Shown: positions 18,881 to 28,070, numbered from the stretch's first letter. The stretch: DNA of 64,000 bases from a virus (IMGVR_UViG_3300014204_000172:1-64000); one strand, 5' to 3'. Numbers and translations: made by a program. Notes: a model not told the origin generated them from the sequence alone.

Positions 18881-19621
18881 TTATTTAATTATTCCTAGTA
18901 AATTTAATGTTTCTTCAATTCTTTCTTTGTAATAGTGGCTGTAATCATTCTTCCTTAAAGCTTCTTTATAATTTTCGATTAATAATTTACCCTCAGAAGA
19001 TTCTAAAGGATCTTTCGTATATACTTCATCAATCCCATTAGCTTTCATAGCTATATATCGTTTGAAACATAACGAACATTCCCCGCATCTTTTTAAGAAA
19101 TCATGGTAGCAACTGGTAGTTTTCCCTAATTCTTCTTTGGTTATTCCATTTGATAAAGCCCACTTGATTGCTTCTGTTTTTGATAAATTCATAAAAGGAG
19201 ATTCAACAATTGTTAATTCTCCTAATGCCTGAGTTAAAGCTACTGTTGACTTATTAAAAAAGGATCCGTTTTTATCATACATATGTATATGGTTTTCATA
19301 TTTCATTCCTAAAATCCATACTCTCTCACCTAATGAACCGGCGATTGATGCAAATATCATATTTCTACCCGGGATAATGTAATTCGATATATCCGGTATA
19401 TTATTAAATTCTTCACTAATTAGATCTACTTTTAAGTAATGGATTAAAAAACCAAAGCTATCTAACGCTTCTTTTTCCTTTAAAAAGTATGGCTGGTTAA
19501 TATTGAAATTAATACAAAGGATGTCTTCTTTGTTATATTTTTTTTCAATTAGTGCATAATGGTAAGCAATAAAAGAATCTAAACCACCGGAAACGCAAAT
19601 AACTAATTTTTTTCTATTCAT
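18881..19621 (-). CDS. queC: 7-cyano-7-deazaguanine synthase
   Basis: SGGLDS PP-loop, IPGRN, TTSCY..RCGECSLC..R. Confidence 0.9.
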   Translation of the reverse strand: MNRKKLVICVSGGLDSFIAYHYALIEKKYNKEDILCINFNINQPYFLKEKEALDSFGFLIHYLKVDLISEEFNNIPDISNYIIPGRNMIFASIAGSLGERVWILGMKYENHIHMYDKNGSFFNKSTVALTQALGELTIVESPFMNLSKTEAIKWALSNGITKEELGKTTSCYHDFLKRCGECSLCFKRYIAMKANGIDEVYTKDPLESSEGKLLIENYKEALRKNDYSHYYKERIEETLNLLGIIK

Positions 19622-19920
19622 AATATATTCTCAATGTCTTGGATATTTAAAGCCTTATCATCAATATAACAATCCGCTTTCAACTTTTCTAAAACCAATA
19701 CATGGTATTTTATACCTGCACTTTTTAAATCTCTGACCGTATTAAATCTATCCTCTTCCAATCTTGATGAGTAAATAATGATGTAGTTATTTTCATACAA
19801 CTGGTTGATCGCATTAATAATCTTCAAATTTGGAATTGACGACTTACCAGTTTTTAAATCAAAAGCCTCGAATATGGTTTGGTCAATATCTACTGCAATA
19901 ATTTTATTAATCGTTCGCAT
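19618..19920 (-). CDS. Minimal HAD-superfamily phosphatase
   Basis: DIDQT (DxDxT), YSSR, K..D.YIDDK. Confidence 0.8.
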   Translation of the reverse strand: MRTINKIIAVDIDQTIFEAFDLKTGKSSIPNLKIINAINQLYENNYIIIYSSRLEEDRFNTVRDLKSAGIKYHVLVLEKLKADCYIDDKALNIQDIENIL

Positions 19921-20795
19921 ACTTGTTTGCTGTCAAATAATGAATAGTCGACTTCATAATTTGGCATCTCCTTTATAAATTTAAAAATAGATTCTTGACT
20001 GAATGGTTCATATCCTCCCGATAAATAATCTCTCCATACCGGGTAACCATTAGTAATGTTTGGATATAACAAATAGCATCCACAAGCTTGTGCTTCCACT
20101 AACGATAAACAAATCGTATCTCCTAATGAACAAGTAAAGAAAAATTTAGCATTACCTAATTCTTGGTAAAATTCCTCCTGCGTGTTGTAATGAAAGATAA
20201 AGCCTAATTCCTCGAATCTCGTTAAATCATAAAAATTAACCCATTCTCGACTATCATTAGCCGATATGGAAAAAACAATCTTGTATTTATTCAATAATGG
20301 TTGCAATAAATAAGTTGCCAAATAGAATTGTTTATCCGGGCTAATCCGACCACCAATAACAATTTTTTTCTCTTTATGCAATTTGTTGTAACAATTCCAT
20401 AAAATTTCTAGCTGTAAAGGGAATCCGATATATTCGGCTCTGTTTGTTTTATCTTTCAATAATAATTGATGGCTCATGCTTAATGTAGTAACCAAATCTA
20501 CCTGTTTTAATTGTTCTCTTTCATAAGTGCCTACATTATAAGCATATGGGTTATAAGAAGTTCCATGACTATGCATGATTAATTTCGCTTCAATTCCTAG
20601 TTCTTTTACTACTTCCAAATCTTCATAATTCATGATAAATAGCCAATCTTTTGAAGTAAAACTTTTCTTATATAGACAATCAATGCTAATTGTTTTATAA
20701 GGATAGTTAAGCATTTTGAATCCATCCATCAAATTATCCTCAAATTGTCTAGACCATGGGTTATGATTTTTAGAATCTAGCAACAAATTAAGCAC
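19890..20795 (-). CDS. GT-B fold (GT4-like) glycosyltransferase
   Basis: MHSHG, GGRISPDK, SLGDTICLSLVEAQACGC (D/E-x7-E). Confidence 0.85.
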   Translation of the reverse strand: MLNLLLDSKNHNPWSRQFEDNLMDGFKMLNYPYKTISIDCLYKKSFTSKDWLFIMNYEDLEVVKELGIEAKLIMHSHGTSYNPYAYNVGTYEREQLKQVDLVTTLSMSHQLLLKDKTNRAEYIGFPLQLEILWNCYNKLHKEKKIVIGGRISPDKQFYLATYLLQPLLNKYKIVFSISANDSREWVNFYDLTRFEELGFIFHYNTQEEFYQELGNAKFFFTCSLGDTICLSLVEAQACGCYLLYPNITNGYPVWRDYLSGGYEPFSQESIFKFIKEMPNYEVDYSLFDSKQVCERLIKLLQ

Positions 20796-21358
20796 TATTC
20801 CACCAGTTTCATAAATTCTTGTCTTGTTTTTTCATTCATAAAATTACCACGTAAAGATGAAGTTATCATTTCACCCTCTTTTTTAACTCCTCTATAAATC
20901 TGGCAAGTATGTCTGGCTTTTAAAATGACTCCACATCCTTGAGGCTGTAATTTATCTTGTAATTGCTGGCATATTTTTTCTGTCATATATTCCTGTGTGT
21001 TCAATCCTTTGGAATGATATTCAACTAATCTTGCCATCTTGCTTAAACCAATAATCGATTTATCCGGGATATATGCAATAATAGCTGTACCCATGAATGG
21101 CATCAAGTGATGTTCGCAAAGACTCATAAAGGATACATTCTTTTCAATAATCATCTGGGAGTATCCTTCTGAATCAAAAGTAGTCATATTAAATTCAATC
21201 GGAGTCAATAATTCTTTCAAGGTTTCGTAAACTCTTCTAGGTGTTTCTTCTAAAGATGGTTTTGCTGATGGGTCATACCCAAAATAGCTCATAATCTGAG
21301 ATATTTTTAATTGGATGTCTTGCGTTACATGGATGTTGTTCATTTTCCTTCTCTCCAT
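20795..21358 (-). CDS. folE: GTP cyclohydrolase I
   Basis: ETPRRV, SLCEHHLMPF, GLSKMAR, HTC..RG, MITS. Confidence 0.95.
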   Translation of the reverse strand: MERRKMNNIHVTQDIQLKISQIMSYFGYDPSAKPSLEETPRRVYETLKELLTPIEFNMTTFDSEGYSQMIIEKNVSFMSLCEHHLMPFMGTAIIAYIPDKSIIGLSKMARLVEYHSKGLNTQEYMTEKICQQLQDKLQPQGCGVILKARHTCQIYRGVKKEGEMITSSLRGNFMNEKTRQEFMKLVE

Positions 21359-21534
21359 TTAATATCGATGTTATAATACTTCTTTGCTACATCATTAACC
21401 ATTTTATCTATCTCTATTGTTGATTTATCATAGGAAACAAAAAAATGTCCTTTGGCTATTAAAGTTCCATCAACAATTAATTCCCAATTTATAATTTTTT
21501 TATCAATTCTAGGAATAACTATTACTTTATTCAT
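21340..21534 (-). CDS. Hypothetical protein inside que operon
   Basis: Tiles between queE and folE. Confidence 0.5.
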   Translation of the reverse strand: MNKVIVIPRIDKKIINWELIVDGTLIAKGHFFVSYDKSTIEIDKMVNDVAKKYYNIDIKWREGK

Positions 21535-21539
21535 TTCTA

Positions 21540-22148
21540 TTATTTTACTCCTATGATTTTATGAATCTGCAAGCTTAAATGAGCTTCTCCATTTCTATAA
21601 TTAGTCGAAACTAATTCAATAGTTCTTTTTAAATTTAATTCATAATTGCTATCCATTAACGGCTGGAGAGATACCATTTTTAGAGTATTAATGTATTTTT
21701 CTATGACTCGTATTGTTGTTCCTTCGGTAATTAAAAGCTTATATTCATCGATATAAGGTTCTAATTCTTCATTTATTTCTACCATTTTTGGTGAACAGGT
21801 AATCCATAACAAATCTTTGAATCTTTCTAAATTAAATTTTGGCTTCAATGATCCATTGGTTTCAATGATGATTTTTCTGCTATTCAATTGAAGATTTTCT
21901 AATAATTCATTATCGACTTGTAGTAATGGTTCTCCGCCAGTTAAAACATATAATTGTCTCATTCTTCTTTTATATGATATTAATCCAGCTAATGAAGTTT
22001 TTCTTTCATCGATTAAATTTTGAGGAGTATCACAAAAAATACAAGAAAGATTGCATCCATAAAATCTTATAAAAGTTGCAAATTCACCTGAGTATTTACC
22101 TTCTCCTTGAATCGATTCAAATGTTTCTTGTATTTTATAAGTTTTCAT
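21540..22148 (-). CDS. queE: 7-carboxy-7-deazaguanine synthase (radical SAM)
   Basis: ESIQGEG, GCNLSCIFCDT, TGGEPLLQ, IETNG, SPK, LSLQIHK. Confidence 0.95.
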   Translation of the reverse strand: MKTYKIQETFESIQGEGKYSGEFATFIRFYGCNLSCIFCDTPQNLIDERKTSLAGLISYKRRMRQLYVLTGGEPLLQVDNELLENLQLNSRKIIIETNGSLKPKFNLERFKDLLWITCSPKMVEINEELEPYIDEYKLLITEGTTIRVIEKYINTLKMVSLQPLMDSNYELNLKRTIELVSTNYRNGEAHLSLQIHKIIGVK

Positions 22149-22503
22149 TATTTTTTAACTCCGACTCGTTATAAATAATTGATGAATCTTCTGATTCATA
22201 AATTTCTATTTGACTTATAGGTAGTTTTAGTTCGTCTTTAACTCGATCAAAAAGGTATTTAGCGATGTTTTCTGCTGTAGGATTTCTTAAAAAGTCATTC
22301 CAGTCTCTATGGTCAGGTATCATTTCTTTTAGATCTCTTTTTAAATTTGAAAAATCAACAGTAAATCCCACGTTGTTTAATTTCTCAAAACTTAAACTAA
22401 CAATAATTTTCCAAGTGTGTCCATGGATATTAGCGCATTTTCCATGATAAAAAGGTAAATGATGTGCGTTGTCGACTTTGATTGCAACCTTAATTACATA
22501 CAT
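22135..22503 (-). CDS. queD: 6-carboxy-5,6,7,8-tetrahydropterin synthase
   Basis: AHHL..CANIHGHTW, DF..LK, PTAENIA, ES. Confidence 0.93.
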   Translation of the reverse strand: MYVIKVAIKVDNAHHLPFYHGKCANIHGHTWKIIVSLSFEKLNNVGFTVDFSNLKRDLKEMIPDHRDWNDFLRNPTAENIAKYLFDRVKDELKLPISQIEIYESEDSSIIYNESELKNNENL

Positions 22504-22507
22504 TTAT

Positions 22508-22735
22508 TTATTGTACCTTCCTTTTTTCTTTTTCCATTTGCTCTTGATTAATTGGCTGAAACAAATCTTTATATTCAAAAGGTAACTGTAGAAAGAAATC
22601 TGGTGTAACAGCAAAAACCATTCTTAAAAAAAGGAAGATGAAAAAGTCTAGTTTTTTCTCTCTACTCATGGATTCAATTTTTACTAAATCTAAACGATAC
22701 TCAACAATTTTGTTTGGTTTATTACTATTATTCAT
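22508..22735 (-). CDS. Hypothetical protein
   Basis: Tiles in operon; hydrophobic central segment. Confidence 0.55.
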   Translation of the reverse strand: MNNSNKPNKIVEYRLDLVKIESMSREKKLDFFIFLFLRMVFAVTPDFFLQLPFEYKDLFQPINQEQMEKEKRKVQ

Positions 22736-23048
22736 TATCTTCTTCCAAATCTGGGTATTTACATAAATCCTCAGAAACTCCTAAACCATCCAATACTTCT
22801 TGAAAGAATGAACTAAAAGGAATTCCCCAGTTAACATCATTGGAATCTGGATCTGGGTTATCCATCATAAATTCAACTAAGCATTCTACAAATTTTTGCA
22901 TTTTTCCACGTTTAATTGTAACTAGCTTTTCTGGGTCTTGTGTAGGATCGTTTTCAAAAAGAAAGCTTATATTTTTTAAGGATATTTCCATCTTTAATTT
23001 ATCCTTAGTAATTGCGAACTGCATCAAGGTTTCATTATATTTTTTCAT
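22728..23048 (-). CDS. Hypothetical protein
   Basis: Tiles in operon. Confidence 0.6.
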   Translation of the reverse strand: MKKYNETLMQFAITKDKLKMEISLKNISFLFENDPTQDPEKLVTIKRGKMQKFVECLVEFMMDNPDPDSNDVNWGIPFSSFFQEVLDGLGVSEDLCKYPDLEEDNE

Positions 23049-23236
23049 TATTTTGTCCTTAGTTTTCTTTCTGCTTCTTCAAATTTTCGTAATGTAACCA
23101 AAGAAATTAAAGTATTTGTATTTTCTTCCATCATTGATAAGATGTCACGTATTTCCTCATAACAAAGAATAATTGATATTTTTGGAGCAAGTAATCTTTT
23201 CGTTTCAATTTCTCTTGAGTAGTAATCACGTTTCAT
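23048..23236 (-). CDS. Hypothetical protein
   Basis: Tiles in operon. Confidence 0.5.
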   Translation of the reverse strand: MKRDYYSREIETKRLLAPKISIILCYEEIRDILSMMEENTNTLISLVTLRKFEEAERKLRTK

Positions 23237-23481
23237 TAAATTAACTTCTTATAGCCATCCAATAGAGTTAAAACTACTTTTCTCATGGCTTCTGCTCCAC
23301 TATTAAATTGAAATGACTCTTTTGGATAACTGATTGATTCTACTGATTTTTTAACCTCTGCTAAAAGTTCGTTGGTGTTTGTTATTTTTTCCGTTTTGAT
23401 TGCTTCGTTTAAAGTAGTTACTTTGTCTCTATCCCCGATCACTGCTAAATTTCCAACTTTAATTACTTTATTATCTTCCAT
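23236..23481 (-). CDS. Hypothetical protein
   Basis: GAGG SD; first gene after a promoter-like motif. Confidence 0.6.
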   Translation of the reverse strand: MEDNKVIKVGNLAVIGDRDKVTTLNEAIKTEKITNTNELLAEVKKSVESISYPKESFQFNSGAEAMRKVVLTLLDGYKKLI

Positions 23482-23514
23482 TTTTTACCTCAAAAAAGAC
23501 TTATATAAGTATGT

Positions 23515-23542
23515 ATTTTAATACTATTTTTAATTACTTCAA
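23515..23542 (-). promoter_or_regulatory. Putative promoter (16-bp-spacer family)
   Basis: TTGAAG-N16-TAAAAT; heads the unit leading into the que/dpdA operon. Confidence 0.45.
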
Positions 23543-23799
23543 TTTTTACTAACAGTTAAATCCTGTATTGCCATTAATATTTTATCCATCATTTCTAATT
23601 TGCTTTTTTGTATTTTTCTTTGATATAGATCAGGTAATCCTATCAAAGCTAATAAAGCAATCGGACCCATTAGTAATCCATAAAAATACCATCTTGTAGT
23701 AGGATAACCTTTCCATTTAGCTATATCCAAACATATAGTAGGTATAAAAAAGATGTACCAGGCAATAATAATTAGACATAATATGGTCCAAATATTCAT
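23539..23799 (-). CDS. Small membrane protein
   Basis: Two hydrophobic segments; KGY..WYFYGLL.GPIALL.LIGLPD. Confidence 0.65.
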   Translation of the reverse strand: MNIWTILCLIIIAWYIFFIPTICLDIAKWKGYPTTRWYFYGLLMGPIALLALIGLPDLYQRKIQKSKLEMMDKILMAIQDLTVSKN

Positions 23800-23962
23800 T
23801 TGTTCTCCTTTTTTTCTTTGAGATAATCACGATAGTTTTTATATTCTGTGCATTTCTTACGACAGAGAATGCAATTAGCTACAGCCATTGTTAAAGTAAA
23901 TACTTCTTCACTATTTAAACAAGAAATTATTTTTACCTCAGCTAGTGTTTTTTCTTTCTCAG

Positions 23963-24259
23963 TCATTTTTCCTCTTTTACAAAGTCATTGATAATTTCTT
24001 GACAATTTCTAATGCCGAGATTTAACCCTCTATTTTTTTGTGCCATAGGTGGTATATCTAATGCTATTAGCCAATCTTGTTGTATTTTTACATCCATTTT
24101 AAGAATCAATTCTTTTTTAACATCCCTATCGAGAGCTTTTAAGATTTCTTCACAAGTTTTATAACCATCGTCTTCAGGAAAATAATGACCCTGATTGTAC
24201 TTTATTTCAAGTTTTAGAAATTCCCTCTGTTCATCTGTAAGTAATATTAATTTTTTCAT
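23963..24259 (-). CDS. Hypothetical protein
   Basis: Tiles on - strand with SD. Confidence 0.6.
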   Translation of the reverse strand: MKKLILLTDEQREFLKLEIKYNQGHYFPEDDGYKTCEEILKALDRDVKKELILKMDVKIQQDWLIALDIPPMAQKNRGLNLGIRNCQEIINDFVKEEK

Positions 24260-24396
24260 TTTTTCTTTCTCCTTGAATCGGTTAAATCAAACAATAATAA
24301 ATAGATGATGCATAAAATAACGATGGCTGTTGCATATATTGGATGAAAAAGTATTAACCACCAAAATATTAAGAAAAAGATCATCTCTAATAACAT

Positions 24397-24639
24397 TTAA
24401 TTCCTACCTTCTTTGACTAATTTTAATAAATGATGCATTCTTTCTAATTCATCTAACTCTTTTATATCTGCAAATAATTCTTTAAAAAGCAATCTGATCT
24501 GTTTTACTGTATAGTTAAATGCTAATTCTTTTATAGCTACCATTGACCATTCTTGATTTGCTAAATATAGCTGATGGTTAATTTCTATTATTTCTTCGGT
24601 TTTAGGGTACATATCCATTCTATTTATTCTTCCATCCAT
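24397..24639 (-). CDS. Hypothetical protein
   Basis: Tiles on - strand. Confidence 0.5.
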   Translation of the reverse strand: MDGRINRMDMYPKTEEIIEINHQLYLANQEWSMVAIKELAFNYTVKQIRLLFKELFADIKELDELERMHHLLKLVKEGRN

Positions 24640-25027
24640 AATTTTTTAAATCTTTTTTAGTTGCTTTATAAAATTCGTAACTTAATTTTTCTTCAATAAA
24701 TTCAAATAGTTCCTCTTCAATTTCTTCCTCTGTCTTTCCATCAACATCAATTTCAACTATTTCATCCAAATCTTCAAGAGTAGCTTTAATTACATATTTT
24801 TTGTATACAGCATTTTTAAGTAAGTCTGCTTTTAACTCATCAGTACAACATGATTCAGGTAAATCTTCAATCTTCATTCCCTCTAAAGCTTTTTTAATCC
24901 ATTCCTTATTTTCTTTCCACCAATAACAATGTTCAATATCACATCTATTAATCTTTTTAGCTTTTTCACATGTTTTCAAATATTGAATGGCTTGTTCTTT
25001 TCTTATTTCTTCCCATGTATGACTCAT
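24620..25027 (-). CDS. Hypothetical protein
   Basis: Tiles on - strand. Confidence 0.6.
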   Translation of the reverse strand: MSHTWEEIRKEQAIQYLKTCEKAKKINRCDIEHCYWWKENKEWIKKALEGMKIEDLPESCCTDELKADLLKNAVYKKYVIKATLEDLDEIVEIDVDGKTEEEIEEELFEFIEEKLSYEFYKATKKDLKNYGWKNK

Positions 25028-25209
25028 TAAACATCTTCCCTCATATATCTTTTAAATTCATAGTTTTTATATTTTTCACAATTTTCTTTTCCACAACACG
25101 ACCAGCAATAATCATCAATATTTCTTTTTTTGCATAATTTGACTCTATTTTTAGCTATTCTTTCTTTTTTTATTTTTATTTCTTCATCAGTCATTTTTGA
25201 ATTCCTCAT
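25027..25209 (-). CDS. Small Cys-rich hypothetical protein
   Basis: C..YCWSCC...C. Confidence 0.55.
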   Translation of the reverse strand: MRNSKMTDEEIKIKKERIAKNRVKLCKKRNIDDYCWSCCGKENCEKYKNYEFKRYMREDV

Positions 25210-25426
25210 AATTTATCTCTATCACATATTTAGAATTAATTTCTTTGTTTCCTTGTCTATACCAAAGAGCGTAGGTTTCTTTGTTTGAATCTCTATCATC
25301 GTAATGAGTTCCTCTTACAGAAGAGTTACCTACTAATTTTGAAAACTCTATTATTTCTCCGTTTTTTGAATCAAGTAATTTTTCTTCAACTATAATGCTA
25401 TAGATTAAAGATTTAATTTTTTTCAT
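25187..25426 (-). CDS. Hypothetical protein
   Basis: Tiles on - strand. Confidence 0.55.
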   Translation of the reverse strand: MKKIKSLIYSIIVEEKLLDSKNGEIIEFSKLVGNSSVRGTHYDDRDSNKETYALWYRQGNKEINSKYVIEINYEEFKND

Positions 25427-25431
25427 TTTTT

Positions 25432-25620
25432 CTATCTCTTTTCAATTTCTCCCATTATTTCAATATAATTATGAGTTTCGATTACTTCCCAGTAATTTTT
25501 TGCCAATCTTATAAAAGCGTTTTGTTCTGTTTTCGCATTTATTTCGATTAATCTGTGATTTTTATCCAATTCGTAAAAGTTATCATTTTCTTTTCTTAGC
25601 ATAAATCCATATATTCTCAT
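25432..25620 (-). CDS. Hypothetical protein
   Basis: Tiles on - strand. Confidence 0.55.
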   Translation of the reverse strand: MRIYGFMLRKENDNFYELDKNHRLIEINAKTEQNAFIRLAKNYWEVIETHNYIEIMGEIEKR

Positions 25621-25802
25621 TTTGTTCCTGCCTCTCTAAGAATATTTAAAATATCTGTGCAAGACATACAATAACATCCTTCTTCCATAAACTTTTTTTC
25701 TAATTCTTTCCATTTCTTAGGAGAGAATATTCTGTATTTTTGTTTTTTTAAATCCTTTAAAGCTATAGACATAATTTGTTTTTTTGTTAATATATCGGTC
25801 AA
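25617..25802 (-). CDS. Hypothetical protein
   Basis: Tiles on - strand. Confidence 0.55.
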   Translation of the reverse strand: MTDILTKKQIMSIALKDLKKQKYRIFSPKKWKELEKKFMEEGCYCMSCTDILNILREAGTK

Positions 25803-25803
25803 A

Positions 25804-26001
25804 TTAATCCTCCGTAATTCTTTTCCAATTAACTTTGATAATGTTAGATTTTACTAATGAATTAACAACTAATCTTGCCATCTGGTTTTCAACATCTTCT
25901 TTGGTGCATAAATCATCAATTTTTAAATTTATTTGTATTGAATGTAATCTAACTGTTTCAATCTTTATTTCATATTGAATCGGGTCTTTTTTAATCGTCA
26001 T
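25804..26001 (-). CDS. Hypothetical protein
   Basis: Tiles on - strand. Confidence 0.5.
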   Translation of the reverse strand: MTIKKDPIQYEIKIETVRLHSIQINLKIDDLCTKEDVENQMARLVVNSLVKSNIIKVNWKRITED

Positions 26002-27022
26002 TATGCATATACCTAAATTTTAATTGATTAAGTTTTTCCGCTGTGTTAATGATTACTTCTTTTAATTCAATTCTATTTATCCAATCCGTAGGAAGTTTAT
26101 CTGAACCTAAATAAGCTCCTAAGATTTGTCCAGTAATGGATCCTGTACTATCTGAATCTCCTGAATGGTTAACTGCTACTCTTAATGCTTGTTTAAAATT
26201 ATGTTGATATTTTAACGAACAATAAATAGCAATTGCCAATGCTTCTTCGGCTATCCATCCCTGACCAATAAATTCTATAATTTCCTGATCTGTATGCTTT
26301 CTAGTTTGTTCCGCAAATTTAATTGCCTGGAATGCTTTGTAGGTAGTAGAGTTATTTAGAGTATTGCTTACTCTTTTTGCTGATTCTAATATAGCTACTT
26401 TTAAGTCATAACCCATCAAAAGTAAACTAATTAAATAAGATAAAAATCCAGCCGGGATATATGCTTTTTCTGAACCATGGGTAATAGCTGCTATATGACA
26501 TCCAGCTTCAAAGGATTCATCATGTCTATAAACCAATCCTACCGGGGCGATTCTCATTAAACCACCACAACCAGAACTATCATTAATCGGTTCTCTTACT
26601 GTTCCTAACTTATTACTTAATAAAGATTTAATACAAGTTTCTCCCGGTGATCTAATTTTCCATAATTCTTGAATACTACTTAAAAAACTATCTTTGTTAG
26701 TTGATTTATTTGGATAGCCTTGCGTTGCTAACCATTGTAAATAAGATTGATAAATAAAATTAATGGTTTCTTCTCGGTTATCTCTTATATTTTTATCAGC
26801 TATAATTAATCCCTCGGCTGTAAATAAAGTCATTTGCGTATCGTCAGAAATTAATGCTTTTTTGGTTTTAAGATCTATTTCTGGGTCCTGTATTCCATAA
26901 TATCCATAATGGGTCTGAATCGCATTAAAACTTAAAAATTCTATAGGATAGCCTAATGCATCACCTAAAGCTCCGCCAAGTAAGCAACCTGTGATTTTAT
27001 TTCTCATCTCTTTCCCGTCCAT
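25991..27022 (-). CDS. ADP-ribosylglycohydrolase (ARH/DraG family)
   Basis: GCLLGGALGDALG, SDDTQMT, SGCGGLMR, THG, GDSDSTGSITG. Confidence 0.95.
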   Translation of the reverse strand: MDGKEMRNKITGCLLGGALGDALGYPIEFLSFNAIQTHYGYYGIQDPEIDLKTKKALISDDTQMTLFTAEGLIIADKNIRDNREETINFIYQSYLQWLATQGYPNKSTNKDSFLSSIQELWKIRSPGETCIKSLLSNKLGTVREPINDSSGCGGLMRIAPVGLVYRHDESFEAGCHIAAITHGSEKAYIPAGFLSYLISLLLMGYDLKVAILESAKRVSNTLNNSTTYKAFQAIKFAEQTRKHTDQEIIEFIGQGWIAEEALAIAIYCSLKYQHNFKQALRVAVNHSGDSDSTGSITGQILGAYLGSDKLPTDWINRIELKEVIINTAEKLNQLKFRYMHNDD

Positions 27023-27024
27023 GA

Positions 27025-27192
27025 TTATTTTCCTTCTTTACTCTCAAAAAGGACTAAAGCGTATTTATGATAGTCTTCTCTTTTTTGGATAGCTTTGACT
27101 AGACTTCCTAATTTTTGTGTAGTTTTATTTACATATTCCCAGCTTGTATAGCTTGATCCATTTTTAAATTCTATTTCTGTATTGCCATTCAT
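27025..27192 (-). CDS. Small hypothetical protein (55 aa, not in ORF track)
   Basis: Hand-translated MNGNTEIEFKNG...; AAGGAG SD; directly downstream of the ribozyme. Confidence 0.6.
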   Translation of the reverse strand: MNGNTEIEFKNGSSYTSWEYVNKTTQKLGSLVKAIQKREDYHKYALVLFESKEGK

Positions 27193-27205
27193 TTTTACTC
27201 TCCTT

Positions 27206-27270
27206 TAAGTTGTCTCATCAGGGTTAGTAACTTATTTCTAACCGACTCGGATTTTACTCCGAGTTTCGAC
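27206..27270 (-). ncRNA. Type II hammerhead ribozyme with pseudoknot
   Basis: GUC-GAAA-[ACUCGGA/UCCGAGU stem III]-C cleavage site (GUC)-[GGUUAG/CUAACC stem I]-CUGAUGA-GAC; loop I UAAGUU pairs with 3' AACUUA; intergenic. Confidence 0.9.
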
Positions 27271-27271
27271 T

Positions 27272-27451
27272 TTAATTATGAGCTGATCCCTCTTTTTTGT
27301 AGAAATAACTACCGACTGGATTATTGGCTAAATCGAATAACTTTCCGTTACCTTCTACTAAAGACCCATCTACTAATGAATCAATTAATATTCTTAGGAC
27401 GTTTCTTGCTGTCATATCGTCAGTGGTTTTGATGTTTATAATTAATGTCAT
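27272..27451 (-). CDS. Small hypothetical protein (59 aa, not in ORF track)
   Basis: Hand-translated MTLIINIKTTDD...LFDLANNPVGSY. Confidence 0.6.
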   Translation of the reverse strand: MTLIINIKTTDDMTARNVLRILIDSLVDGSLVEGNGKLFDLANNPVGSYFYKKEGSAHN

Positions 27452-27979
27452 TTAAATTGTTCTCTCCTGACAACCATTACAGGTCTTTACTTCTAGTCCA
27501 GTTCTTAAACAAATTGAATCTTTTTTACGATATTCCGTACATTCTATTATTATCTTTTTAATTAACTTTTCTCTTGCCTCTTCTTTAACTGTGATGGTTT
27601 CTACTAATAGTTCAACCCATTCCATTATTGATCGGATAGCCCACCAAAAATAATTACCTCTTAATTCGTTGATAAGTGTTCCCCAGCAAGCCATATAATT
27701 ACCTCCATCTGTTTGATAGAAACCTGTTTCTTCTTTTTGGTTTGTGCCATGATGGATTTTATATCTGAAATAAAGATTGATTTGTTTCTTTTCTTTATTT
27801 CTAAGCCATACTGAATTTGGGCAATCTGAAGCTGAATTCTCGTCATCATCTTCGCCCCACATATCAATAGCTAATGGTAGTACTATATCTTCTACTTCCT
27901 GCAACCATCTTATAGCTATTTCACGTCTTTTCTTCTCTCCTTCTAGCATCTTGTTTATTCTGTTTTTTAGATCTTCCAC
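27452..27979 (-). CDS. Hypothetical protein
   Basis: GGAGG SD with GTG start; first gene after a promoter. Confidence 0.7.
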   Translation of the reverse strand: MEDLKNRINKMLEGEKKRREIAIRWLQEVEDIVLPLAIDMWGEDDDENSASDCPNSVWLRNKEKKQINLYFRYKIHHGTNQKEETGFYQTDGGNYMACWGTLINELRGNYFWWAIRSIMEWVELLVETITVKEEAREKLIKKIIIECTEYRKKDSICLRTGLEVKTCNGCQERTI

Positions 27980-28029
27980 TTTGCCCTCCTAGGCTTTTTT
28001 ATTTACAACCTCTTGGTTGATTGCTATTA

Positions 28030-28057
28030 ATTATAGTGACTTATAATTAATAATCAA
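28030..28057 (-). promoter_or_regulatory. Putative promoter (16-bp-spacer family)
   Basis: TTGATT-N16-TATAAT(TAAT) in intergenic gap. Confidence 0.7.
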
Positions 28058-28070
28058 GTATTTTCTTAAT

